From Candidatus Woesearchaeota archaeon (GTDB lineage: Archaea > Nanobdellota > Nanobdellia > Woesearchaeales > JAFGUC01): DNA of 32,000 nucleotides. Where the stretch lies: assembly GCA_016938695.1 (NCBI GenBank), contig JAFGUC010000006.1, forward strand, positions 293,633-325,632, read 5' to 3'. A model generated the notes under the pieces. It made no database searches and was not told where the DNA came from. It saw only the letters and a program-made list of their open reading frames with translations. Below, in pieces: positions 25,558 to 32,000 of this stretch. The position numbers and the translations under genes were made by a program. The stretch's first letter is position 1; each line of letters starts with the position of its first letter.

Positions 25558-26175
25558 CTAAGGAACCTCATGAAAGAATTTAACTGCAAAATCACAAAAG
25601 TCTATAATTACATTTTTATCAAGTTCGAATTCTTTTCTGCTTCCTAAGTAATTTTTAGATGTTGGTGTTACTTCTTTTCCTTCTAAAAGTTCATTGTAGG
25701 TGATGCATTTTATGTGTTTTTTAGAGACAACAATAAAATAACAATTTTTGTACGGATAATCCTTTGGTAAACTTGATAATTTGAATTCCTCATTTGATCT
25801 AAATTTTATTTCAATAAAAAAGACGTCTTTTCTTTCAGGATGTTGGATGACAAAATCAGGCATTCTTCTGATGTTATCTGCGACATCACTTCGAACTCCT
25901 TTGAGTAATTCCATTATTCCGGGAACAGTATTTTCCATTCCGTATCTGAATACATTGTAGCCCAATGATAAGAATAATTCTTCAATTAAAGTTTCGGCAA
26001 TTCTACCTTTAATCATGTTTTCTCTATAATTGCTTTCTTTTTTGTTTAATCCTTTTTCTTCAATAGTTGAATTATCTTGGTGTTCTCGGCATAATGGTTT
26101 ATTGAATTTAGATGTCGAATAGTTGTATTCTTTTTCAGAAATTTCTTTTTTGCAAATATTACAAAAATATGTCAT
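25558..26175 (-). CDS. Zn-ribbon plus PD-(D/E)xK nuclease-fold protein
   Basis: The N-terminus reads CNIC...(x21)...CREH. The C-terminal core has GRIAETLIEELF (E), MPDFVI (PD) and FFIEIKF (ExK), in the canonical E-PD-ExK order. Confidence 0.65.
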   Translation of the reverse strand: MTYFCNICKKEISEKEYNYSTSKFNKPLCREHQDNSTIEEKGLNKKESNYRENMIKGRIAETLIEELFLSLGYNVFRYGMENTVPGIMELLKGVRSDVADNIRRMPDFVIQHPERKDVFFIEIKFRSNEEFKLSSLPKDYPYKNCYFIVVSKKHIKCITYNELLEGKEVTPTSKNYLGSRKEFELDKNVIIDFCDFAVKFFHEVP

Positions 26176-26255
26176 TCTTTGAGTAATATTGTTATGTTAT
26201 TTAAATTTTTTTGACTTTCTTATTTTATTTATGAACCCTCCAGTAATAAAAATCA

Positions 26256-26263
26256 TTTATAAA
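26256..26263 (+). promoter_or_regulatory. TATA box for hemerythrin-like gene A
   Basis: TTTATAAA starts 30 nt upstream of ATG 26286. Confidence 0.5.
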
Positions 26264-26285
26264 CTAAAACAACTTCTAAAACTAC

Positions 26286-26660
26286 ATGAAACTTATCGAT
26301 GAATTGACAACCGAACATAAAACTGTTGCTAGAATGTTTAAAACGCTAAAATATGATAACAAAGTTCAGTTGGAAAAACTAAAAGAGTTTGTTGTTGCTC
26401 ATTTAGATAAAGAAAATAAACAACTTTATCCTGTGCTATTGAAATCGAATACTCAAGAAATAGCTCAAACAGGGAAACTTTTTATGAGTTATATGGAAAC
26501 GTATTCTAGGGATTTTATAGTTGCAGTAGATAATTTGATAAAAAAACAAACGAAAAAAACAGTTCAGGAATTTGAAGATATTAGAGATTTGATTCTAAAA
26601 AGATTGTTGGCTGAAGAAAAAATTCTATTTGGTGCGTATAAATCACCTTCGTCTAAGTAA
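26286..26660 (+). CDS. Hemerythrin-like (HHE) four-helix protein, copy A, C-terminal half degenerate
   Basis: LTTEHKTVARMF and VVAHLDKENKQLYPVL match the H...HxxxE..LFP pattern. The second half keeps RLLAEEKILF but has lost the His residues. Confidence 0.6.
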   Translation: MKLIDELTTEHKTVARMFKTLKYDNKVQLEKLKEFVVAHLDKENKQLYPVLLKSNTQEIAQTGKLFMSYMETYSRDFIVAVDNLIKKQTKKTVQEFEDIRDLILKRLLAEEKILFGAYKSPSSK

Positions 26661-27965
26661 GTTTCCAATAACGTTGAAAATTCCAATTGCATGGGACAAA
26701 AAAAATTTAGATCCTTCTATAACTTTAAAATTTTGAGAATAAAATCTTATATATGCTTCGACTTGTAGTTTTTCAAGAGTTTTTCTATCAAGATTTTCAA
26801 GTTCTAAACCGCTACCAAGATATTTATCAAGATTATCCCAACTAAGATCAGAAGGTAGTTTTTTATAACCACCTTCACCTTTTAATGCCATTTCTCTGAT
26901 TTTTGTTTGTGGATAAGGAACCATTATTCCGACGTTCATTCTTGTTGGATTGAGGCCAACTCCAAAATCAATAGTTTCTTTTGCAGTCGTGATTGTTTCG
27001 TAGGGATGGCCTAAAATGAAATTTAGATTGATGTGAATTCCTGCTTTTTTTGTTAATGCAACTGCGTTTATAACTTGTTCTTTGGTTATACCTTTTCCAG
27101 AATTTTCTAAAATTTCAGAGTTACCACTTTCAACACCGTATTCGATAGCAAAACATCCTGCTTTTTTCATTTTTGAAAGTAATTCATAATCAACAGTGTC
27201 AACTCGACCACGTGCTTTCCATTTCATTTTTAGTGGAATTAGTCCTTCTAGTATTGTGTCTAATCTTTTTCTGTTTATTGTGAATGTGTCGTCACCAATT
27301 TCAATTTCTTTAGGATTGTAATTTTCTTTTAGATAAGTCATTTCTTCAATTACTGATTCTGCACTTCGAAATTTCACTTTTTTGTCGTGTGTTGGAACGC
27401 AAAAATTGCATTGATATGGACAACCTCTTGAAGTAAAAATAGAATATTTTGAACTTTTTGGAAGTCCTTGCCATTTAGGAAATGGAAAGATATCTATGTC
27501 GTTTGCTAGTGCTCTAGGTTTATTTACAACTACAGAAGAGCTATCTCTATAAACTAAGCCATCAATTGAATCAATGTCTTTTGTAAAAAATTCAAATAAT
27601 GTTTGTTCTCCTTCACCGTAAATTAGATAGTCGAATTCGTTGTATTGTTCGAGCGTTTCTTTTGGATATGCTGTTGCGTGTGAACCACCAATAATTATTT
27701 TTGTTGAAGGATATTTTTGTTTTATTGTTTGTGCAATGTTTTGTAATAATGGTAATTGATGTGTCATTCCAGTAATTCCGATTACATTACTGTTTATTCT
27801 TTCTAGGACATTTACTAATTTAAGTCGTTCAAAACGCATGTCAATTATTTGTGTTGGTATTTTTTTACTTTCTAAAAATTGGGATAAGTAACCTAAGCTT
27901 GGAGTTGGATAGCGGTCCCAATAATGTTGTGTTGGTTTGTCTGGAAAAGGGTTAATTAGTTGCAT
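26643..27965 (-). CDS. B12-binding-domain radical SAM protein (class B-like, COG1032)
   Basis: An N-terminal cobalamin-binding-like Rossmann region (VIGITGMT, IIIGGSHATAYP) is followed by SRGCPYQCNFC (CX3CX2C). A GVESG motif is also present. Length is 440 aa. Confidence 0.88.
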   Translation of the reverse strand: MQLINPFPDKPTQHYWDRYPTPSLGYLSQFLESKKIPTQIIDMRFERLKLVNVLERINSNVIGITGMTHQLPLLQNIAQTIKQKYPSTKIIIGGSHATAYPKETLEQYNEFDYLIYGEGEQTLFEFFTKDIDSIDGLVYRDSSSVVVNKPRALANDIDIFPFPKWQGLPKSSKYSIFTSRGCPYQCNFCVPTHDKKVKFRSAESVIEEMTYLKENYNPKEIEIGDDTFTINRKRLDTILEGLIPLKMKWKARGRVDTVDYELLSKMKKAGCFAIEYGVESGNSEILENSGKGITKEQVINAVALTKKAGIHINLNFILGHPYETITTAKETIDFGVGLNPTRMNVGIMVPYPQTKIREMALKGEGGYKKLPSDLSWDNLDKYLGSGLELENLDRKTLEKLQVEAYIRFYSQNFKVIEGSKFFLSHAIGIFNVIGNLLRRR

Positions 27966-27987
27966 TTTTGCTACTTATTAGTAATAG

Positions 27988-27996
27988 TTTATAAAT
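27988..27996. promoter_or_regulatory. TATA box in the divergent region between the radical SAM gene and hemerythrin-like gene B
   Basis: TTTATAAAT lies 23-31 nt from the minus-strand ATG at 27965. It is near-palindromic, so it could serve either direction. Confidence 0.45.
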
Positions 27997-28013
27997 TTTG
28001 TTTTTCGTAACAA

Positions 28014-28021
28014 TTATAAAT
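28014..28021 (+). promoter_or_regulatory. TATA box for hemerythrin-like gene B
   Basis: TTATAAAT starts 29 nt upstream of ATG 28043. Confidence 0.45.
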
Positions 28022-28042
28022 TGTGCATATCTAAACTATTGT

Positions 28043-28405
28043 ATGTTACTTGAAGAATTAAAGAGGGAAAATAAAAAGGTTTTAGAGCTTCTTGATGACA
28101 TTAATTTTTCTGATGTTACTGAAGTTAAACATATGAGGGAATATGTTATTAATCATCTTCGCAAGGAAGAAGAAAAGTTGTATCCTGTTGTTTTGAATTC
28201 TCAAGGAAAGTCTGAAACAGGTAAAATGTTTCTTAGACTTATGAAATCTTATTCTAATGAGTTTGATGATGTTACGAATAAATTAATTAGTTCTCATGGT
28301 AAGCCAACTAAAAAGGTTTTACATGATTTTGATTATATTAAGGACTTGATTAGAAAACGTGTTTTAGTTGATGATAAATTGTTCTTTAGTTTGTACATAG
28401 AATAA
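28043..28405 (+). CDS. Hemerythrin-like (HHE) four-helix protein, copy B (paralog of 26286-26660)
   Basis: It aligns along its whole length with copy A: VINHLRKEEEKLYPVVL versus VVAHLDKENKQLYPVLL, ETGKMFLRLMKSYSNEF versus QTGKLFMSYMETYSRDF, and IKDLIRKRVLVDDKLFF versus IRDLILKRLLAEEKILF. The first His is replaced (REN versus TEH). The track ORF opens at TTG 27998; ATG 28043 fits the paralog. Confidence 0.6.
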   Translation: MLLEELKRENKKVLELLDDINFSDVTEVKHMREYVINHLRKEEEKLYPVVLNSQGKSETGKMFLRLMKSYSNEFDDVTNKLISSHGKPTKKVLHDFDYIKDLIRKRVLVDDKLFFSLYIE

Positions 28406-28408
28406 AGA

Positions 28409-28416
28409 TTTATATA
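28409..28416 (+). promoter_or_regulatory. TATA box (leaderless spacing)
   Basis: TTTATATA starts 30 nt upstream of ATG 28439. Confidence 0.45.
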
Positions 28417-28438
28417 TAACTGAAAAATTTCTTTGGTC

Positions 28439-29383
28439 ATGGATTATGTTCCACCTCCTGACTATGGTATCGAGTATGTTATTCCTGATAAAGAATTAAG
28501 GGAATTAAGGCCTTCTTTTGTTGATTTTATTCCTGCACAGAATTTGTTACGACCAAAAATTGGTTTAGAATTAATTTTGTTAAATGATAATAGAATTTTA
28601 ACAAATGATTGTTTTTTTCATTTCTTGAAAAATTATGGTGATGATTTTGGTTTTACTCATGGATTCGATTTTAAATTTTTACTAGATTTACCTGAAAATT
28701 TGTATTTGACTGTTAGTGGCGGTTCTAATCTTTACTCAAGATTTTTAAATTTAGGTCCAACTGAATTATCAAGATATCAATTGTTTGTTAACGAGAATTT
28801 TATTAAAGCGACGTTGGATAATAATGATTCAAATAAATTTCTTACCGATTCGTTTGATTTAGGTTTTCATGTTTTTCAATCTATTAATCCAGACTCTCTT
28901 TTTAGTGCATCAAGTCAACAAATAAATTGGCATGAGTTCTTGAATGATTCTAATATTTCACAAATAGATGTTCCAATTGATGTTATTCAAGATTATTTCA
29001 AGAGTGGTTTTTTTGTAGGATATCACAAAAATTTTAATTATCCTGTTTTCTTGTCAAGTGATTTTTTAATGAAATTGTTTGTTAGTGCGGGTGGAATAGT
29101 TAGTAGTATTGAAGGTGCATCTTTTTTTGATTTTGGTTTTTCTATATCTTTAGGTTATCAAAAAAGTTCAGATTCTTTTGGATTTCTTATTACTGGTTCA
29201 GCAAGTTTGCAACTAAATGATGCTGGTCAAGGTGGGTTACTTGAGGCGAATTTAGTTTTAGGTGATAAGACTTTTTCAACGCAACTTGGAATCCGTAGAA
29301 AATTTGGTGAAGCAATTCCGGTAAGACTTTATGATGAAAATTTTGAAATAGAGCATTATCTTGGTTTTAAAGTTTCTTTATAG
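28439..29383 (+). CDS. Hypothetical protein, Phe/Asp/Gly/Ser-rich, beta-strand-like alternation in the C-terminal third
   Basis: The product is 314 aa from ATG 28439, with no signal peptide or TM helix. Alternating patterns include FDFGFSISLGYQ, FGFLITGSASLQL and a C-terminal HYLGFKVSL. No family is recognised. Confidence 0.55.
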   Translation: MDYVPPPDYGIEYVIPDKELRELRPSFVDFIPAQNLLRPKIGLELILLNDNRILTNDCFFHFLKNYGDDFGFTHGFDFKFLLDLPENLYLTVSGGSNLYSRFLNLGPTELSRYQLFVNENFIKATLDNNDSNKFLTDSFDLGFHVFQSINPDSLFSASSQQINWHEFLNDSNISQIDVPIDVIQDYFKSGFFVGYHKNFNYPVFLSSDFLMKLFVSAGGIVSSIEGASFFDFGFSISLGYQKSSDSFGFLITGSASLQLNDAGQGGLLEANLVLGDKTFSTQLGIRRKFGEAIPVRLYDENFEIEHYLGFKVSL

Positions 29384-29789
29384 AATATTTTTTTATAACT
29401 TCTTCTAAACCGTATTTTGTGATTAGATATTCATCACTTGAATGTTTTACTTCTTTTGTTCTGAATGAGTCAAATTCAAGTAATCTTGTGTTAATTGGAA
29501 CAATTGTTATTTGTCTATTAATTCCTTTATATTGGTCCATTGTTAAGTCTACGTAAATTCCTCTGGAAACATCACAATTCCATGCGTGCCAATCATCTTC
29601 CATGCAATCAGGATATTCGAAAAATCCTCCAACTTCTTCTAGACCTAGAACATAATGAACTAATCGTGTAGCAACTTGACATTTAAGGAATGGAAATTTT
29701 TCTACTCGTCTTTCTAGTTCGACACGTAAGTTTACAAGTGTTTCAATATATGGAACTTGAACGTTTGGTGTTTCTCTCATTTTGCACAT
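29367..29789 (-). CDS. Transglutaminase-like / papain-fold Cys-His-Asp protein (tentative)
   Basis: The ordered triad candidates are KCQVATRLVHYVLG (Cys), DDWHAWNCD (His) and IYVDLTMDQ (Asp), with spacing typical of the transglutaminase-like core. Length is 140 aa. Confidence 0.5.
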   Translation of the reverse strand: MCKMRETPNVQVPYIETLVNLRVELERRVEKFPFLKCQVATRLVHYVLGLEEVGGFFEYPDCMEDDWHAWNCDVSRGIYVDLTMDQYKGINRQITIVPINTRLLEFDSFRTKEVKHSSDEYLITKYGLEEVIKKYSIKKL

Positions 29790-29869
29790 TGTTTTTAGAT
29801 CTATTTAAAAGACTTTCCACTAGACAGGTCCGGATAACGCTTAAAAACTTTTTTTGATACAAACATTTT

Positions 29870-30718
29870 ATGAGATTTGTTAAGGTTACAACATTACTTT
29901 CAACGATAAAAAATCCACCAGAGAGGGGTTTTGGAGCATATTATAATTTTAATTTATATCGTGGATGTCAACATGGTTGTATTTATTGTGATTCTAGAAG
30001 TGAATGCTATAATCTAGGAGACTTATCTGATATTCGTGCAAAGGAGAATTCACTAGAACTTTTAGATAAAGAATTAACAAGAAAGAAAATCAAAGGAACG
30101 ATAACAACTGGTTCCATGAATGATCCTTATATGCCTGTAGAAAAAGAGTTACAATTAACAAGACGAGCATTGAAGATAATACAAAAATATAATTATGGAG
30201 TTCATATTATAACGAAAAGTGATTTGGTTACGCGAGATATTGATATTTTAACTGAATTAAAGTATGCTGCTGTTTCAATTACAATTACTAGTATTTTAAA
30301 TTCTAAAAAAATTGAACCGGGAGCTCCTGAAACTGCAAAAAGATTCATTGCATTAAAAAAATTAATTGATGCTGGAATTTATGCAGGAGTATCTTTAATG
30401 CCAATTTTACCATATATAACTGACTCAAAAGAAAATATTCTAGGAATAATACAAAAAGCAAAGGAATGTGGTGCTAAGTATATTTTATGTTGTTTTGGTG
30501 TTACTTTGCGTGATAATTGTCGTGGATATTTTTATAGTAAAATTTCAGAATCTATTAAGAAAAAATATGAACAAAAATATGGAACAAGATTTTATTGTTA
30601 TGTTGAAGATGAGTTAATTAATTTTATTGAATCAGAATGCAAAAAAGTAGATATTCCTATGAAAATGAAATTTTATTACCCTACTAAAGAGGTTCAAAAG
30701 ACATTAAATTTTTTCTAA
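29870..30718 (+). CDS. Radical SAM protein, SplB/COG1533 (DNA repair photolyase-like) family
   Basis: FNLYRGCQHGCIYCDSR (CX3CX2C) sits at the family-typical N-terminal position. GSMNDPYMPVE, ITKSDLVTRDIDIL and PILPYITD match the COG1533 layout. Confidence 0.8.
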   Translation: MRFVKVTTLLSTIKNPPERGFGAYYNFNLYRGCQHGCIYCDSRSECYNLGDLSDIRAKENSLELLDKELTRKKIKGTITTGSMNDPYMPVEKELQLTRRALKIIQKYNYGVHIITKSDLVTRDIDILTELKYAAVSITITSILNSKKIEPGAPETAKRFIALKKLIDAGIYAGVSLMPILPYITDSKENILGIIQKAKECGAKYILCCFGVTLRDNCRGYFYSKISESIKKKYEQKYGTRFYCYVEDELINFIESECKKVDIPMKMKFYYPTKEVQKTLNFF

Positions 30719-30727
30719 ACCCATAAA

Positions 30728-30735
30728 TTTATAAT
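30728..30735 (+). promoter_or_regulatory. TATA box (leaderless spacing) for the helicase gene
   Basis: TTTATAAT starts 31 nt upstream of ATG 30759. Confidence 0.45.
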
Positions 30736-30758
30736 GGGTTATTGTTATTTTTTGGTTA

Positions 30759-31886
30759 ATGACCGAATTTACTCAATTAAAGCTGAAAAAGGAGATTGTA
30801 AACGTTTTGAGTAGACTTAAGTACAAGGAAGCTTTTGAGGTTCAAAAAAGAATTATTCCTTTGACTATGCAAGGTAAAAATGTTGTTTTTACTGCAATGA
30901 CAGGTTCTGGAAAAACGTTAGCATATAGTTTAGGTTTTTTATCTAAAATTAATATTAAGCAAAATATCCAGATGTTGATTTTAGTTCCAACACGAGAATT
31001 ATGCATTCAAGTTAGTAAGGAATTAATAAAAATTTGTGATCCTTTGGGTATTAATGTTGGTGCACTTTATGGTGGTCGTGATATTAAAGGTGACTATAAG
31101 ACATTACAAAGAAAAATTCATATTTATGTTGGAACACCTGGACGATTAGTTCAACATATCAATGAAAAAAACATTAAGGTTGGCGAGGTTAGATTCTTAA
31201 TATTTGATGAAAGTGACCAAATGTTTGATTTAGGATTTTTTAAAGATTGTATATATTTGCGTAGAAGAGTTAGTTCTACTGCACAAATAATTTTGTCATC
31301 TGCAACAATCACTGAAAAAGTTGAGCAGTTTATTAAAACTGAAATTGGTGAGCATGAATTTGTTAAAGTTGGATTGACTATTCCTGAGAATATTGTCCAA
31401 GAGAAAGTTTATTGCAAGATTTCTAAGAAAAATGAATTACTTTTGAAATTTTTTTCGTTTAGGAAATTCAAGCGTTCCATTGTTTTTTGTAATACTAAGC
31501 AACGAGTTAATGAAGTTGTTGAATTTTTGCGAAATAATAAAATAAGTGCAAATTCATTATCTAGTACATTGACACAACAGGAACGACTTGATCATTTGAA
31601 TTTATTTAAAGACGGTAAGATTTCAATTTTAGTTTGTACTGATGTTGCTGCACGAGGAATTCATATTGAAGATGTTAGTTGCGTTGTAAATTATGATATC
31701 CCTACAAAATTAGAATTTTATGTACATAGAATTGGTCGAACTGGCAGAAAAGGGAAGAAAGGTTATGCTTTGTCTATGATTTGTCCAGAAGATGATGAAC
31801 GATTTGATAATATTGTTTTTGATTACGAATTGAATGTAATTGAATTGAACCTGGAACCTAAACCAAAGTATGTTACTAAAGAGTAG
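30759..31886 (+). CDS. DEAD-box ATP-dependent RNA helicase (motif II variant DESD)
   Basis: It has a Q-motif region, motif I MTGSGKT, TPGRL, motif II FDESDQM, motif III SAT and motif VI HRIGRTGRKG. Length is 375 aa. Confidence 0.92.
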   Translation: MTEFTQLKLKKEIVNVLSRLKYKEAFEVQKRIIPLTMQGKNVVFTAMTGSGKTLAYSLGFLSKINIKQNIQMLILVPTRELCIQVSKELIKICDPLGINVGALYGGRDIKGDYKTLQRKIHIYVGTPGRLVQHINEKNIKVGEVRFLIFDESDQMFDLGFFKDCIYLRRRVSSTAQIILSSATITEKVEQFIKTEIGEHEFVKVGLTIPENIVQEKVYCKISKKNELLLKFFSFRKFKRSIVFCNTKQRVNEVVEFLRNNKISANSLSSTLTQQERLDHLNLFKDGKISILVCTDVAARGIHIEDVSCVVNYDIPTKLEFYVHRIGRTGRKGKKGYALSMICPEDDERFDNIVFDYELNVIELNLEPKPKYVTKE

Positions 31887-31891
31887 TAAAC

Positions 31892-31900
31892 TTTATAAAT
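31892..31900 (+). promoter_or_regulatory. TATA box (leaderless spacing)
   Basis: TTTATAAAT starts 31 nt upstream of ATG 31923. Confidence 0.45.
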
Positions 31901-31922
31901 AACTTCTGTTTTTTTTGGCTTT

Positions 31923-32000
31923 ATGCATGATTATAAAGGTTCTGTAATAGGTAAAGCAGTACAAGGTAAATCTACTGTTAGTGTTTACATTAGACCTCCT
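31923..32000 (+). CDS. Start of an unidentified ORF (first 26 codons, runs off the window)
   Basis: The ATG sits at canonical TATA spacing. The open frame MHDYKGSVIGKAVQGKSTVSVYIRPP continues to the window end, which is too short to identify. Confidence 0.4.
   Translation, partial: MHDYKGSVIGKAVQGKSTVSVYIRPP

Noticed and set aside
30759-31886. The DEAD-box helicase as part of a defence module with the adjacent radical SAM gene.
   Set aside because: It has the full ordinary DEAD-box RNA helicase motif set and the minimal two-RecA-domain size, and it has its own promoter. It is most simply a housekeeping RNA helicase, and the DESD variant of motif II is a minor deviation.
1-32000. CRISPR arrays, rRNA genes, and riboswitch-like GC-rich structured intergenic RNAs.
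   Set aside because: No regularly spaced direct repeats were seen. The only GC-rich structured non-coding segment is the tRNA at 24920-25050. Intergenic regions are short (mostly under 110 nt) and AT-rich.

Overview
This is a strongly AT-rich, densely packed archaeal chromosomal segment. The archaeal assignment rests on an archaeal-type proteasome beta subunit, the KH/beta-CASP RNase aCPSF1, CDP-archaeol synthase, an intron-containing tRNA, and TTTATAAA-type TATA boxes about 30 nt upstream of many ATGs. Composition and gene content fit a small-genome DPANN-like archaeon, but that is inference only. I call about 41 protein genes (one truncated at each window edge) and one tRNA. I saw no rRNA, CRISPR array, transposase or integrase.

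Housekeeping genes: topA (partial), psmB, aCPSF1, a CorA-type Mg transporter, a DUF2062-mtnN-apt salvage operon, a TRAM protein, a DEAD-box helicase, and a psd-pssA-carS archaeal phospholipid head-group operon.

Bacterial-looking genes: a PlsC-like acyltransferase, Pfs-type MTA/SAH nucleosidase, a fused CoaD-CoaE, and a DagK/YegS-like lipid kinase.

Four regions deserve a second look:
1. 15.1-19.4 kb: a translationally coupled cassette (GCS2 carboxylate-amine ligase, GshB-like ATP-grasp, amidohydrolase, then an acidic orphan) divergent from a tandem Lrp/AsnC regulator.
2. 26.2-28.4 kb: a B12-binding radical SAM gene bracketed by two paralogous, partly degenerate hemerythrin-like genes.
3. 22-30.7 kb: the surrounding tRNA-centred stretch of orphan genes, including a Zn-ribbon PD-(D/E)xK nuclease, an HExxH protein, an NDT/TIR-like mini-Rossmann protein, a transglutaminase-like Cys-His-Asp protein, a 316-aa beta-rich orphan and a SplB-like radical SAM.
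4. 9.8-12.3 kb: an orphan PotD-like binding protein coupled to a Cache-HAMP sensor with no output domain, convergent with a Cys/Trp-rich miniprotein.

All functional calls come from motif recognition by eye. No database search was run.
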